Origin: Trypethelium eluteriae
Taxonomy: Eukaryota
Length of the DNA: 64,000 nt
Reading direction: 5' to 3'
Assembly: GCA_051942245.1 (NCBI GenBank)
Contig: JAVECL010000036.1
Span: forward strand, 1-64,000
Of this stretch, positions 38,808 through 53,419 are shown piece after piece. The notes under the pieces were generated by a model. It saw only the letters and a list, made by a program, of their open reading frames with translations. It had not been told where the DNA came from and did no database searches. Each line of letters starts with the position of its first letter. The first letter of the stretch is position 1. The position numbers and the translations under genes were made by a program.

Positions 38808-40200
38808 ATGTTCCGCTCAAGAGTAATTCGAGCTCGAATTCAGTATCGCAGCATTCTCTCTCAGAGTCGAGCACCTTGCAGAAGAGGCTTGCAGAGCTTT
38901 CAGCCTGCGGAAAATGCACCTGTCCAACGGGTACGGTTCAAAAAGCCTAGCGTCTTCGACTGGAAGTATGTGCCTCCTTTTTGAGAAAGGGAAGAGGAAA
39001 AGCTTGTGGCTAACAATTCAATCTAGGCGTCTTGCTTCCTTTGGACTCTACTCGGGATGCGCGGTTGCCTACTTCTGTCTATTCTTTCCGGAAATTGAAA
39101 TCGAAGAGGAGGATTCCGAAGGAGAGCTTTCGGAGGTCGACGAATCAAATACAGGTGAAGATGAGGATCTTGAGGACTATGAGCCTGACGAAGATTCAAT
39201 ATTCATCCCGCTCAGTCTTGCAAAACGGAAAGAGCGATCGTTTTACCGGGGTAGCGATCCGGAATGGCAAGAGTTTATAAAATTAGCCGGCGATAAACAG
39301 AGGCATCAAAAGATTCAACAGGAATTGGTTGCGCTCATCATGATGCATGTGACCGGAAATATCAGGTTTTCGCATAGTCTGGGTGGTGCTCCCAAAGCAG
39401 GCAAGATCTGGCTAGACATACAGTTTCCAAATGGGCCACCACCAGAATTTGAGCGGACAGGGTAAGCCTTACAGTTAGGGAAGAGCCACAAATGGGAAAA
39501 TGACGAGAGTATTAGGATTATCATCACGGACGACTACATAGCGCTTGCGAAAAAGACGAGCTCTGAGCTAGACGAACAACGTATTAATCGGACTCTATGG
39601 CCTAGCGCTGCGTTCTCCTCTATATATGCAAGCATGCGAGTCCTATGGCGTATTCAATGGCAAAAGGCTAAAGCAACCCTCGGCATACAAACCAAACCAA
39701 CAAGAGAGGATGAACAACTGCGGCAAAGTATGCAAGCTATTCAACGGATGCAAGAAAAGCATCTCGGCCGGTCCAGCAGGAACATGTCAAGCACTCCCAC
39801 GAATGGGGTAGACAAATCAGCTTCTGACTCAAATCCGGTCCAAACTCAGGATTCGTCGACGGCAAAGAGCGCACCAACGGCTGGACATGCGGCTGATCGT
39901 CCAACAACGACTTCGAGTCTACCCAAGCTACCCTCTGGTTCATTGCCATCCGGAACCGAAGTTCCACTTGTGCTTCATGTATTTTACGCAAATATGGACA
40001 AGAATCGAGTGCCTCCGAAAATGGAGCCGCCAAGAGGAACATGTATTGTGAGCGGATTGGTGGAGGTCTCTGGTAGTAAGGCACGAGCCACGCTGGATGT
40101 CAGAGCTGCGTATCATCCTCAGGAAGCAAAGTTCGTAGTCATCAGCGCAGCTGTCCGGAGCTTCAAGCTGTTTCGACAGCCTCCCATGGGCGGGCCTTAA
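38808..40200 (+). CDS. Hypothetical protein with a predicted mitochondrial presequence, 3 exons
   Basis: Arg-rich start MFRSRVIRARIQYRSILS. Introns 38966-39026 and 39462-39515 join ORFs containing YRGSDPEWQEF, WLDIQFP..PPPEFER and EPPRG..VSGLVEV. Confidence 0.8.
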
Positions 40201-40979
40201 CAGTAGGAGGAGGGCACGAATAAAGTGGAGCTTTCAGCGTCTCTTTTGAAAGGCGAGTCTTGCGGTTTTGCGCGGCCTAAACTATGGGATTGGGTTCACT
40301 TGTGGCGGCTTTCACGGACTTTCTTGCATTGCCTGGGTGTTTGAGGTTCACAATAGAGGGACCAAGCAGCTTCCTGTCACTTCACTGAAGTGATAACATG
40401 GTGGGGTCCATAGATATGACAATGATTCGGGAAGATATCACATTGGAAAGTCTTACTATCGTTGTCACGTCGCTAAGTCCAGGAGCTATTTCATACAAAT
40501 TGCCCCCATCATTTCCGTGTCAACCTTAACCTACAATCATCATGCAGATAATCTACGCTGGTTGGCTCTGAAATGTGAACCTTAGGAGTGACCAAGACAT
40601 GGCATTGCCTACCTATCTACGGTACCTACCCCTAACCTATAAACATACCTTAGGCACCTTACCTTACCTAAAAGGTAGTTAACGTAAAAACAGTCCACAT
40701 GACGGATATCAAAAAGATATAATACCAACATGCTCATTAAGTGTATGTAATTGCTGAGGTAGAAAGCATGCAACGTAATAGTCTTACTCAGACTTATGCT
40801 CCGATTGGCTTTATACAGCGCCATGTCCATCCGTTTCGTATTTCTCCGAAAGTTTCATCCTCGACCATCTCTTCCACCACCACCTACTCTCCAAAGCGCT
40901 TTATCTTATGCGGCTGGAGACCAAAAAGTAACACTCATTCGAAGTTCTTTGCGACTCCATTGTCTCTTCAGGTTTACTA

Positions 40980-43900
40980 TTAACCGCCCCCTATGAACTT
41001 CGCCAAGGTGCTCTTCTTGTCACCCCTGCCCTGGCCTATCCCAACGTGCGTCCCTTCCCACCATTTCTCGCGTGCTCCAAAACCAAGCTCATCCCTCCTG
41101 TCATCCGTCATTCTTCCCCATTCCAATAACAAGCGGAACATATACACCTCCATATCCTCCTTCCTCAGCACTCTGTCTGCCCAACGTTTACCTTCCTCTG
41201 CAATCCGCTGTGCTGCATCCTCATGCGGTGGGAACTCCTTACTATCCTGTGTCTCGGGAAATCCGTGAAAATAAGCCAGCGTGGGGAACAAGCTGTGCCC
41301 CCGCACATCAAGAGGAACAAAATGTTTCCATGCTGTTACACGATTGCTCCACCATTCGCGAAGAATGCCAGCTTTGAAGACGAGACTGTGGCTGCGTAGG
41401 AAGGCAGTAAAGCGGGTATTGTGACCTGAACCATCCAAGTCTAGGAGATATTTGTACTTCCAGAAATCTTGGAACGATACTGGCGGGGACGTGGCACCCT
41501 CGCTCGCCGATTCAAATTGAACCCGCTCGAGGATACAATCAGGATCGATGCAATTCGCGATTTCTGTGAACTTAGCGTTTGCAGGCAGTAGCGCGCGGAG
41601 AGTGTCATCCGGAATATTAGAAAATATGAAAGATTCCGAGTTCCGAGCTGGAAGGAGAATAGGCGAGGTCGTACCCGTATGTGCTCCGGGACTGAGAAGA
41701 TGGAGGAAGCGCTGACGGAGAAATGAACGCCAAGCATTGTTGCCAGTACTAATACCCTCAGATGCGGCACCGCGAAAGAAGAGCGTGGATTCTTTTTCGG
41801 CAAAGGGCGGGTCCGGATGTTCATCAGTAGGAGCATGGATGGCCTCGCCATTGGCGGCGTACTCTTCAATGCTAGGATAGAGTATGTCTTGGAAGCCTTT
41901 GGCCTTGCTATTAGAGAAAACTGGTAGGAGGTTGTGGTGCACACGAAATGATGGGGGGGACACGTAGAGACCATGTAGGGAGGCAAGATCAGGTTGGTGG
42001 CAAGGATCTTGGGAAAGAGTCCAATTCGAGAGAAAAGCACCACTCTTGTCGCTATGAGGTGCAGCGCAAGAAGTGCACAAGCGTGCAAGGTCCCAATTAC
42101 GTTGGAGGCGCGAGGGAGACATGGTTGGGCAAGATACGGAGCCCCATTCACTAAAGACCTGGTTGCCAGCGTTGTCTTGGAAAATTGGGGGGTTCTCGAC
42201 AGGACCATCAGTAATCGTCTGCCATTGGCCTCCACGATCGCCAGAGAAGGAACTATCTTTGGTGTTGCGATCGTCTGCATTCCGGAGTCCCATATCACGC
42301 ATAACCCTAAGGGTGCTGTAGGGTACGGCGACGCGCGGGGATTCAAGGACATTGATGGCGAGGTCCATGTCTGGGAGATATTCGGCGAACTTAGCAACCA
42401 TATTTACTAATCCATCCAACATACGTTTATGCTCGGAGGGAATGTTTGAGGCAATCGATGCCCTTCCACCACGAATGCTAATGCCAGCAACCTCATTTGC
42501 TGGATTAACGATTAAGTCCCAGGTTTGTTGACGGATCTCTTGAGGAGCCATACCCCAAAAGGGTAGCAAGTCTTCGTGGATCTGGTCAAAATCGTTCATG
42601 ATCAAGGTTTTCTTGTTCTTCGCCCACTGATACCATTGATCAAACATTGGGGGCGGGGGTCGATGATACCGAATTCGGTATTGGCTGACAGCGTCAGAGA
42701 GTGACTCGGCAGCCTGCGCCTTTTTCAACCAGCTCTGATGTAGTGATTGGGCATTTCCAATCATTTCGTCGATAGGATGGATGCTCAGTTGACCTGTTCG
42801 CGATAGAGCAAGGAATATGCGAAGAAGAAAGAGGATTACAATTGTAATGGACATCCATCCTGGTAAACGTACGAGACTTGAACGTTGCTTGGCCGATCTT
42901 GCCGAATGGTACTCTTCGTTCGGAGTTCCAATCCGAGTGTACCAAAAGGTGCCTAGAATATACAGAAAAATCGAAAACAACACTAGACTAGTGTTTACGG
43001 GTGGATATGGCCCGCGATTAATCCAAGCCGAGTCGGAATCTCGAGAATATGTGCAAACGAACGCAACAATAACAGAAGTAGTCAATGGGCCAACGCCATC
43101 CAACTACCGTAATTTAGCACATCCCGCTGAATGGTTGGTCGAAAACTTACTGCAAATAAAGCACAGAGTACAGAGAGCAATGCAGCCGATGCAAATGCAC
43201 AAAGACTTCGAATATAATAAAAGGAAAGGGAAAAAGCCCAGTGACGATACCCAGGCCGAAAAATGACAACCAGAGTACCACCCAAGGCAAGTACCAAAGA
43301 GGAAGACTTCGGCAAGATTAGCTCGACCCAAAAGGCATCAAATGTGCACAACATACAAGAAAAGCCCAGCCCACAGCTGAATATGACCTTGCTTCTTGCG
43401 TCTGGCTTACTCTACCGCGGCTAACAAGACCCACCGAGGAAATTATTATGCAACAGTCTAACATCGTCGCGAGAGCTTGGGAAAAAGGAACGATTCCTCG
43501 GTATCTGAACACTTCGGCGCAAATGTACGTCGATCTCGGGAGATCTGTTGTAGCCATGACCAGGGCACTTCCGAGTGCAAGACACATGGTCGGCAGGAGG
43601 AATCTGTACCGAGATTGGGTTATACGGCTCCGAATTACTGCTAGCCGCGATGGGCTGACAACGTCTTGCTCATTGAACTGTTCATGTCGCCTCACCGTCC
43701 AGAAATCATGCAGGGCAATGACGAGTGGAATTGCCCACTAAATCCATTAGTACCAGCTCCTTTGAGATGGAGCTTGTAACTTACCACATAACTCCTTGTA
43801 GCACATTGGCTTTCTCGCGCAATCCAATGCAACAGCTTGACGCGACAACATATTGCAACCACCAGAAAGACCCACGTGATGCGTAACTTTTTCAGACTTG

Positions 43901-44385
43901 GCGGAGGGGCGGGATCTGATTTGGTTTTAGGGCTCTTTAGAAACCCATTGCCATTTGCGAATCGAGGCGAACCAGGTGAGATTGGTGATCGAGGTAATGG
44001 AGATCTTGGTCTGGGAGATCTAGGAGAGGGGGACTCATTGCGGAGCTCTTCAAGTGGTAAGGCGTTGTATTCTTGAGACTTGGGTCTTCCTCGCCATATC
44101 AATCGAACTACTCTATTCCAGCCGATGAGAACTATGCCTGCAGCGGCGAGAACTGTGATTGAGGTGTGTACTGGACGATCTGAGCAAGTTAGTGGAGAGG
44201 CGGCATAACTTTTTGGAATTCAGGGGATGGCGGCAGTACCGAAGGCGTAAGACTTGTCATAAGTTAAGGACAGGTATGAAGAGCCGACAATGAGTCCGCT
44301 ACGTAGAAACTGATGTTAACGCTGAATATGAGACTTGGGAATAGGGCCTTGCTGACCAGAGAGCGAGCACTGTCCGACTGTCCAT
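40980..44385 (-). CDS. GT90 (Cap10/Cxt1-like) glycosyltransferase with a multi-TM N-terminus
   Basis: HPIDEMI, YHRPPPPMFDQW, PDMDLAIN..PRV, DILYPS, YKYLLDLDG, WKHFVPLD, RKEDMEVYMFRLLLEWGR. The 5' exons were traced to ATG at 44385. Confidence 0.88.
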
Positions 44386-44806
44386 TTACATTTGTGCAGT
44401 TCGGCGTCGAGTGCTGTGCCGCGGGTGCCTGCATGCGAGACCTAGGTTCACCGGTGACAGAAACGAGAGGAGGTTTTGTGGCTTGAGAAGAGGGCGGTGG
44501 GCATTATTGTCAATGAATGTCCCCAACCAAACTTTCCGACGTAGAGGAGGCAAAAATAACTGAAGTCGCTTGTCGATGTTTCAAGGCCTTGGCATGACGC
44601 GTATTCTTTCAAGAAGGCCGAAAGCTTGGCTCACCGCCCTCCCCTAGCCTTGAGTCTTTACAGTTTAGGTCTTTACCCAGTAGCTCGGCACCCCGGCAGA
44701 AATAATTTGGTGAACTCAAGCTCCTACTGCCACCCCCACCATAATAGGTAACTTTCTCCTCAGAATTTGCTCATCCAAGCATGACCTTGTAGCGCACGAT
44801 CTCGTC

Positions 44807-47800
44807 ATGGTAAAGAGAGCCATGTATGGATCTCTCTGCTTCGCGTTGTCACATACTCAAACTTGCGACTAACGTTTCTCTTAGCGACTCGCGTATTCCG
44901 GCGCTGATTCGCAATGGGGTACAAGTAAGCAGTTGCATTACTCTCTCCTCGATGTACCTACTTACACTCGTGCAGGAAAAGAAAAGAAGCTTCTTCGTCG
45001 TGGTCGGGGACCGTCAGAAAGACGTAATCGTCAATCTCTATCATGTGCTGCTCAATGTGGATGTAAAATTGAACAAATCGGTCTTGTGGGCCTACAAAAA
45101 TAAGCTGCTCGGTTTTACGAGTCATCGACAGAAGCGTGAAAAAAAGATCAGGAAAGAGATCAAGCGCGGCATTCGCGATGTTGATACCGAGGATCCTTTC
45201 GAGCTCTTCGTCTCGACTCAGAATATCCGTTACGTCTACTACAAGGAAACCGACAAGATCCTTGGCAATACCTATGGCATGTGCATATTACAAGATTTCG
45301 AGGCAATCACTCCAAACCTATTGGCTCGAACGATTGAAACGGTAGAGGGAGGTGGCCTAGTCTTGCTCCTCTTGAAGGGCATGACTAGTTTGAAGCAACT
45401 CTACACACTTTCAATGGACATACACTCACGATATAGGACAGAGGCGTATGGAGACGTCACGGCACGTTTCAATGAGCGATTCCTCTTGTCTCTCGGAAGC
45501 TGCGATTCCTGTCTGGTAGTAGATGACGAGTTGAATGTACTGCCAATATCAGGTGGAAAGTCCGTACAACAACTACCTCCAGTAGAATCTGAGAAAGATG
45601 GTCAAACTCCGGAAGCAAAAGAGCTTGCATCAATAAAGGAGGGTCTAGCAGATACGCAACCGGTCGGATCCTTGATTACCCTGGCAAGAACTGTTGATCA
45701 AGCCAAAGCTCTTCTTACGTTTGTCGATGCGATAGCAGAGAAGACATTGCAAAGCACTGTTGCTCTTACTGCTGCACGAGGCAGAGGAAAATCAGCAGCG
45801 TTGGGCGTAGCAATTGCAGCAGCTATCGCATATGGATACAGTAATATCTTTATCACCTCTCCTAGTCCCGAGAATTTGAAAACCCTCTTTGAATTCGTGT
45901 TTAAAGGATTTGACGCTCTCGACTATATGGACCATGTGGATTACACGATTATACAATCGACCAATATCGAATTCAACAAGGCCGTCGTTCGGGTCAATGT
46001 CCATCGTCAACATCGCCAAACGATCCAATACATCCAACCACAAGACGCTTATACACTCGGCCAAGCTGAGTTATTAGTCATTGATGAAGCAGCAGCCATC
46101 CCGCTTCCCCTTGTGCGGAAACTTATGGGTCCATATCTCACCTTCATGGCTTCTACCATTAACGGCTACGAAGGCACCGGACGTTCCCTCTCCCTCAAAC
46201 TCATTCAACAGCTTCGCGATCAATCTCGAACTAACGCATACTCATCCAATTCCTCTGAAACCGTCACTGATCGCAACTCCGGCCATCCGATTGCCAACGG
46301 CAACTCCGCGGCCTTGAGCTCCCGTTCCCTCCGCGAGATCACCCTCTCGACACCCATCCGGTATGCTCTGCATGACGATGTAGAGAAATGGCTCAATCGA
46401 CTTCTATGCCTCGATGTCCCCCTGTCTCGTTCTTCTAACCTCAAGACCCTAGGATGCCCACATCCGTCACAATGCCAACTCCTGCACGTCAATCGTGATA
46501 CTCTTTTCTCTTTCCATCCAGTGTCTGAAAAATTCCTACAAAACATGCTGGCGCTCTACGTAGCCTCACATTACAAGAATTCTCCCAACGACCTGCAGCT
46601 CATGTCCGACGCTCCCGCACATCAACTTTTCGTGCTTGTGCCGCCAGTGGACGAGGGGACTAATCGCCTTCCGGAGCCGCTGTGTGTAGTGCAAGTTGCA
46701 TTAGAAGGGAAAATAAGCAAGGAAAGCGTGCTGAATAGCCTAAGTCGTGGTCAACGCGCAGGAGGTGATTTGATACCTTGGCTAGTATCTCAGCAATTTC
46801 AAGATGAGAACTTCGCTGGACTTTCAGGGGCGAGAATTGTACGAATCGCAACGAATCCGGAATATATTTCTATGGGGTATGGCTCGCGCGCTTTGGAGTT
46901 GCTGCTGGATTTCTATAGCAACAAATTCACCTCGCTTTCCGAGTCTGAAAACACACTTCCCCTGGAGCAAGAAGAAAAAACTATGGTGCGGGTGACGGAT
47001 GAGGAATTGGAGAACGTAGAATTAGCCAAAGAAGAAGTCAAAGTCAGGGATATCAACGCAATGCCTCCGCTCTTTACACGACTCGCGGAACGCAAACCTC
47101 CCACATTGGACTATGTTGGCGTGAGCTATGGTTTGACACCGCAACTGCATAAATTCTGGAAACGTAAAGGCTTCATACCTATATATTTAAGACAGACAGC
47201 GAATGAGCTCACAGGAGAGCATACCTGCGTAATGCTACGGGCACTTGATCATGATAACCTTGATACTGTTCTGGATGAGGAACAGAGGGATTCGATTTGG
47301 CTTGCGGATTTCGCACGGGATTTTCAAGCAAGATTTCTATCACTTTTATCATACGGTTCCTTTCGCTCATTTTCATCTGTCACCGCGCTGGCTATAGACG
47401 AGGCGACGATACTTGGTACACAACAAGGCGATCTGAACTCACGGCTCCAGAAGAGCCATGCTCGTTTGAGCAAGGATGAACTGGACACAAATTTTAGCCC
47501 GTTCGATCTCAAGCGTCTCGATGCTTATGCTTCAAATATGTTGGACTGGCATGTCATTCTCGATCTTGTTCCGAAGATCGCCCAACTATACTTTACTGGC
47601 AGAATCAAGGCCCTGCACAGTGTTGAGGATGGCGATCAAAACGGAGTAAAGCTAACAGGCGTACAGCAAGCTCTCTTGCTAGCAATTGGACTACAAAGGA
47701 AGACTCTTGAGGACGTCGAAAAGGAACTCGGGCTACAGACAAGTCAATTACTGGCCATGTTTGTCAAGGTGATACGGAAGGTCAGTCAGTGCTTCCGTGC

Positions 47801-48242
47801 CATCATCTCTAATGAGTTGGCTCGAGACTTGCCCAGAGTGAACGAGGGCGTGATTGACTACAAGAACAACAATGCTGAACATCACGATCAAGCCATTGGT
47901 CTCGAGAAAGGAGCTCGTGAGAAAATGAGCTTTGTTCCTCTGACACAGCCTCTCAATGAAGAACTTCAGGAGGGGGTTACCGAGATCGATCGAGTAGAAA
48001 AAGAAAGGGCAAGAGAGTTGATCAATGCGTTACCACTAGACAGGTATGCGATTGCTGAAGAAGATACTGAGTGGGAAGGTGCTGAAGACCAAGTCAAAGG
48101 GGGGAAAACAAGCGGTGTTGTGACAATCAAAAGCAGAAAGAGCAGAGAGGAACGGAAACGTAAGGCTGGAGAAGCTACGGACGAAGCATTGAAGGAGGCT
48201 GAGAAGGGAAGAGAAAGAAGAGGTAAGAAGGGGCGAAGGTGA
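44807..48242 (+). CDS. KRE33: RNA cytidine acetyltransferase Kre33/NAT10, 3 exons
   Basis: MVKRAI|DSRIPALIRNGVQ|EKKRSFFVVVGD, Walker A TAARGRGKS, DEAAAIP, GNAT motif RIATNP..GYG and a basic C-terminus. Confidence 0.97.
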
Positions 48243-49994
48243 AATGGGCGAAATCGAAATGAAGAGAACTCCACAACTAGCAGGTCTGCACGATCATAAC
48301 TATACAAGCTACTGGTTTGATCGGGTCCAAAGTTGTCTTTATTTGCCCTTATACATCACTGGCGACCAAGCTTACCTAGTCTGAATTTAAACGTCAGACG
48401 CCTTCGACCACGACTGCCGAATCGAATCATTTTCAAGATCAAGGATGTTAGTAGTTCCTTGCTGTAATGGCTCGCGAGAGGATGTATTTGGCATGCATCG
48501 AGCACAGGAGGAAGAGTGAGCCGTCGAGGGGATCGAGATGGGGCCGGGCAGAGCGCTACAAAACTGCCGGAATACAGGAATTGGATGTCACAAAGACGAC
48601 GACAAGGGAATTTCATCTGGTGTACGTCTGACTTGAGTTGCCGGCATCAAGTACTCTTCTCCCCCTACGGGAGTTCTGGAGCTGGGTGCTCAATCTCGAA
48701 CCAAGACCATCAAGAGGCACTTATGATTGGACTATCTGAGCTGACTGAGGAGCTTTGAAGCCGAACCTGCGTCACCATTCGATACACTCCATACGCTCAT
48801 TTGGGACAGGGTGCGTTTCTCCAAGCTTCTCAGCTGCGGGGCCTTGTTTCTCACGAGGCAGACCTGAATGCTACTGAGAAAGCTTATCCCCAGTATCCAA
48901 CTCTGCTGGTAGTAAATTCCTGTGACATACATTAACATGACCATGTCGGCTCGATGAAAGTACAGTCTCCACGGACTTATTCAGCATAATCTTTGATACC
49001 CCTCAATGGCAAGCTTCCTACTTTGCTGATCTACTGCCGTGAGCACGCTGCAGTTCAACGACTTCATCGAATCGTCCGTCGAAGTTTGATTGGGTTCATG
49101 GAACCAGCAACAGTGATTCCTTGCATGATCAGAATCGGATCTACCGCTGTTCGTTCTGACTATACATCTACTAGCGGAGATACTGTGCCGGCTTAATGCC
49201 AAGGCTATCGTCAAATATTATCCTAGATTGCTAAGACACTCAGACACACTCTTCTTGACGTTATTACTGTAGCTTCTATCTTTAGCTGGCAAGATCACTC
49301 ACTATATCAGTCCGAGGTAAAATGACAACTGTCAAGACATCCCTAACTGATATAAGCCTCCTCGCCTTCATCACTGCGATTGATTGGGGCGTGAAGCAAT
49401 TTCTCAAGCGCGTATCGAAGGCGATAAAATCTAACCAGCGTTTCCCGTAGCTAAGGCTATTGCTAATACCATGCCCCTGAGAAACGGACTGCCCTGGGAG
49501 ACTTGACCTTCCAGAGGCTTCTGAGGACCCTTTTATGGATTCGAAATCCAGAAGAGAAAAAAATAAGCGTTTTGATCAGTGGTGCAACCTCATGGAAATC
49601 AACCGTCTTTGTAGAATGATGTTATTGTTGTAACATAGAAACTAGAGCCTCTTCGCTAGTGGTAAAATACCTCCATCAATAAGGCTTCAATGGCGGTGAC
49701 AAATTGATAGCTCCAAATCTATTCATCAGTGCCTTGGAAATGGAACAAGACATATGTACCGATAGTGCCCAGGAAGTCGCAATAAATCCACAATCTTACC
49801 AATGTGACACCACACTTGGCCGAAGAAACCGTAAAAGCATGCCTAATTTTAGTGGTACAGTTCAAAGAAGTATGAAATGCAAATCAGAATCCTATGGCTT
49901 ACCACACCAGTCACGCGCTGACAACGCCAATAAATACATTTGCTGCACCTGAACTCCCTGCATAAGTATACCACAGATACAATGCATATATAAC

Positions 49995-50804
49995 CTATCT
50001 CTTGGCCTTCTTCTTGTTGCTCTTTCCTTGTCCTCCCCCAGGAGTGCTGGCTGGCCCACCAGATTCAACCAATACAGCATCGTCATCGCTACTTTTCCTT
50101 TCAGCCCTATCTTTCTCCTCCTTCGCCTTCGCATCATCATCAAGCTCTTTCATAAAATCCGATTGAATCGTGGCCTTTCGCTTTTCCCACCAATCTTTCT
50201 CGGCCGCAACCTGAGATTGAATCTCGTCGAGTCGCTTACGCATGATTTGATTATTGGCCATTTCGTTGGCAGACTGAAAAATCGTTTGACCCCAACCATC
50301 TGAAAAAGCATTGGCCTAATAGAAAGTTTATTAGCTCTGACAACTCGCCAGAAACACCTCACCAACGGAGTGAGCGGATACCTCTTGCACAACATCTTTC
50401 AACTCGGCCTCAATTTCCTTCTCTGCCCTGAGAAATTGCTGCCATAAATCATCACCCACACTCCCCCGTTGTAACAATGTGCTCAAGGCTTGCTTGGCAG
50501 TCCTGACTTGTATGATACGATGAATGTCTTCTACCGCCCTTCGTAGTAGTGCGGCTTTCAGTACGCTATCAGGAACCTTTGCATTTTTCTCTGCCGTAGC
50601 GTTCGCGCTTTGCTGAGCAGGACTATCCTCGATATGTAGAAGGGAAAGGTAGATATTGCGTTGGAGATGAGGTGGAAACCAAGGAGCGAGGGAGAGGGCA
50701 CGACTGGACTTGCGTTTGCGATAGAGGGATGAGAATGTTGCAAGAGAGCCTATGAGGACTCCTAGATAGGCAAAGGGGATCGCGAGTGAGATCCAGTCAA
50801 CCAT
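49995..50804 (-). CDS. SEC66: Sec63 complex subunit Sec66 (Sec71), 2 exons
   Basis: N-terminal TM LATFSSLYRKRK, PWFPPHLQRNIY, LKAALLRRA, GSVGDDLW, E|ANAF..GWGQTIFQSANEM. Confidence 0.92.
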
Positions 50805-51306
50805 TGTGGAAAAGGAGCCTCTTAATAGATGAGACGTCTCTTGGTAGAATGTCGTCGAAAGCCCGCTCCAGGTGCGGCTTCATTGACTTGTAGGGAAATC
50901 TACCTCAGGGTTGCGAAGCTGAGCATCGATTATGACAGAGGTAGCGTGATAGGCGAATTTCCGCAATTCATAGTCAAAACTTGTGGGGTTTACTTTCTGG
51001 ACACGGTGGAGATCGTGAAGTCGCATCTTTCTCAGGCGGTATCAACAGGCAGAACTCCCGAGTGACGTGACCCGACATGACGCCCGGAGAATCACTCGTC
51101 GTGATAGTCTCACTCAAACCCACTTCTCTATTTGCTTCCTGCTCCGAAACTTCTAGCTATTTCTTCGAAGTGACTCTCAGCAGTGTAGGTCTCCACTGTC
51201 CCTGACTCACATGACTTTTTCACTTCCTTCTTGATGGCCTCATAATCCTCTCCGCAAGCACCGTGGCGGGTTTAGTTCCTATCTCATTCCAAAATCTTTG
51301 CCGAAC

Positions 51307-53419
51307 ATGATCATCAGGTTTCAGGGTCGCGACGGTCAGTTTCGTCTCAATGTGGAGCCAAAAGAACGGATCGTATCTATCCTTCCACAAGTCACGGAGA
51401 AGCTTCCTAAAGATGTCGATCCGACCTCAATCACCATTAGTCCCAAACCGCACGGTGCGGAAGCTCATCCAATAGTTACCTTGAAAACCGTGACCTTTGA
51501 TCAGCTTGGCGTGCAGTCAGTAGAGTATTCAAACCAAGCGGTAATTTACCATAAGCTGATAGTTCGGACAGACATGGAGCTCAAATCTTTATCGACTACA
51601 AGCAACAGCCGGCTGTAATGAACGGCCATTCAACCAGCATATCAGCAGACACCAGAAAATTGAATGGCGCTCCCATTTCTACCGAAGAAGATCCCCCGAT
51701 CGTTACTTCACCCATCGATGAGACACCACACCTCAGTAGGCCATGGGAGATTGTGCAACAATCTTCGCTCGACGATCTGTTAGATAAGCAAGACGGCAAG
51801 ATTACGCGAGGACGAGATCTAAAGCTATGTCGACATGGGCCAAAGGGCATGTGTGAGTACTGCATGCCCCTTGAGCCTTATGATCCCAAGTATCTCGAGG
51901 AGAAAAAGATAAAGCACGTCTCCTTCCATGGCCATCTACGCAAGGTCAATCAAGGGAAGAACAAGCCTGAATTAGGATCATCATATATGCCACCCCTGTC
52001 GGAACCTTTTTATCGCGTTCGCCTTGACTGCCCTTCTGGCCATAAACCTTTCCCAGCTGGCATCTGCTCTAAATGTCAACCCTCCGCTATCTCGCTTCAA
52101 CCTCAACCCTTTCGAATGGTGGATCATGTCGAGTTTGCTTCTCCTAATCTAGTCAATACACTTCTTGACTTCTGGCGAACATCTGGTTGCCAACGCCTTG
52201 GTTTCTTGTATGGTCGATATGAAGAATACCCAGAGGTTCCCCTTGGAACTAAAGCTGTGGTCGAAGCGATATACGAACCCCCACAAGTTGACGAGGTGGA
52301 CGGCGTTTCTCTAAATCAGTGGGAGAATGAAAAGGAAATCGATGAGGTTGCAAGACTTTGTGGATTGCAACGAGTCGGCGTAATCTTCACGGACTTGATC
52401 GACGCTGGTACTGGAGATGGTACTGTCGTGTGCAAGCGACATGTGAACAGTTATTTCCTGGCTTCATTGGAAGTCGCTTTTGCATCAAGATATCAAGCAA
52501 AGTATCCGCGCCCTACCAAATGGAGCGACACAGGTCGGTTCGGCTCGAATTTTGTGACCTGCGTTGTAAGTGGAGACGACGAAGGCCAGATCAGCATTTC
52601 TGCCTATCAGGCATCCAATTCTGCTGTCGAGATGGTGAGGGCCGACATCGTCGAACCTTCCGCCGATCCCAACCTTATGCTGGTGCAAGACGAACAGGAG
52701 GACAAGGAATTGGGGCGGACGAGGTACATTCCTGAAGTTTTCTACCGAAGAATCAACGAATATGGGGCCAATGTCCAGGAAGAAGCCAAACCAGGTTTTC
52801 CTGTCGAGTATCTATACGTTACGCTCACGCACGGGTTCCCAACGCAATCCAAGCCAGCTTTTAGGCAGGCAAATACTTTAACAAGCGGGCTTCCTATTGA
52901 GAACCGAGAGGTGTTGGGGCAGAGTCAAGAACCCAGAGCGTTAGCCAAAGCATTGGATGTAAAAGGTAAATTGGGCTCAAGACTTGAAGGCGAAGCAGGA
53001 GACAAGGTGTCGGATTTTCACATGTTGTGTTTCATCTTTGGGTTAGGCATCTTGAGCATTGTAAGTGAAACCCTTCATCTATTGAGCACCACGATCCCAC
53101 CAACCCAGATTGTTTGCCTCTGCAAGGGCTCTACATTTTCGTCACCTAGTCAGAGACTTTGTACTCATCATTTGAACCCTTCTAGGACGAATTTACCGCC
53201 CTTTGCCGCGTTGCTACAAAACACGACAATGCCGACAAAATGCAAGTCCAGCACTCATCTGGCTGGGCAACATTGGTCACAATCTTGCAAGAAAGTGGTG
53301 AGCGCCCCCCTAAGCGTCCGTCACCATTCGCACATATGAATGAATACGGCGACGCTTCCCATACTCGCAGCGGCGATGAGCGTCTTGCTAAGCGACTTCA
53401 ATATGCCAGTCTGAGTTAA
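51307..53419 (+). CDS. NPL4: Cdc48 cofactor Npl4
   Basis: UBL N-terminus, zinc fingers [15 protein letters not shown] and CPSGH.P..GICSKC, MPN-like domain, [15 protein letters not shown]. Introns at 51516-51571 and 53061-53185. Confidence 0.96.

Noticed and set aside
40630..40640. CCCTAA telomere-like unit
   Set aside because: Single copy within a low-complexity spacer.
49307..49425. Minus-strand GTGATGA...CTGA pair and an 8-bp inverted repeat TCGCCTTC/GAAGGCGA
   Set aside because: No identifiable guide or RNA family, and compatible with chance.
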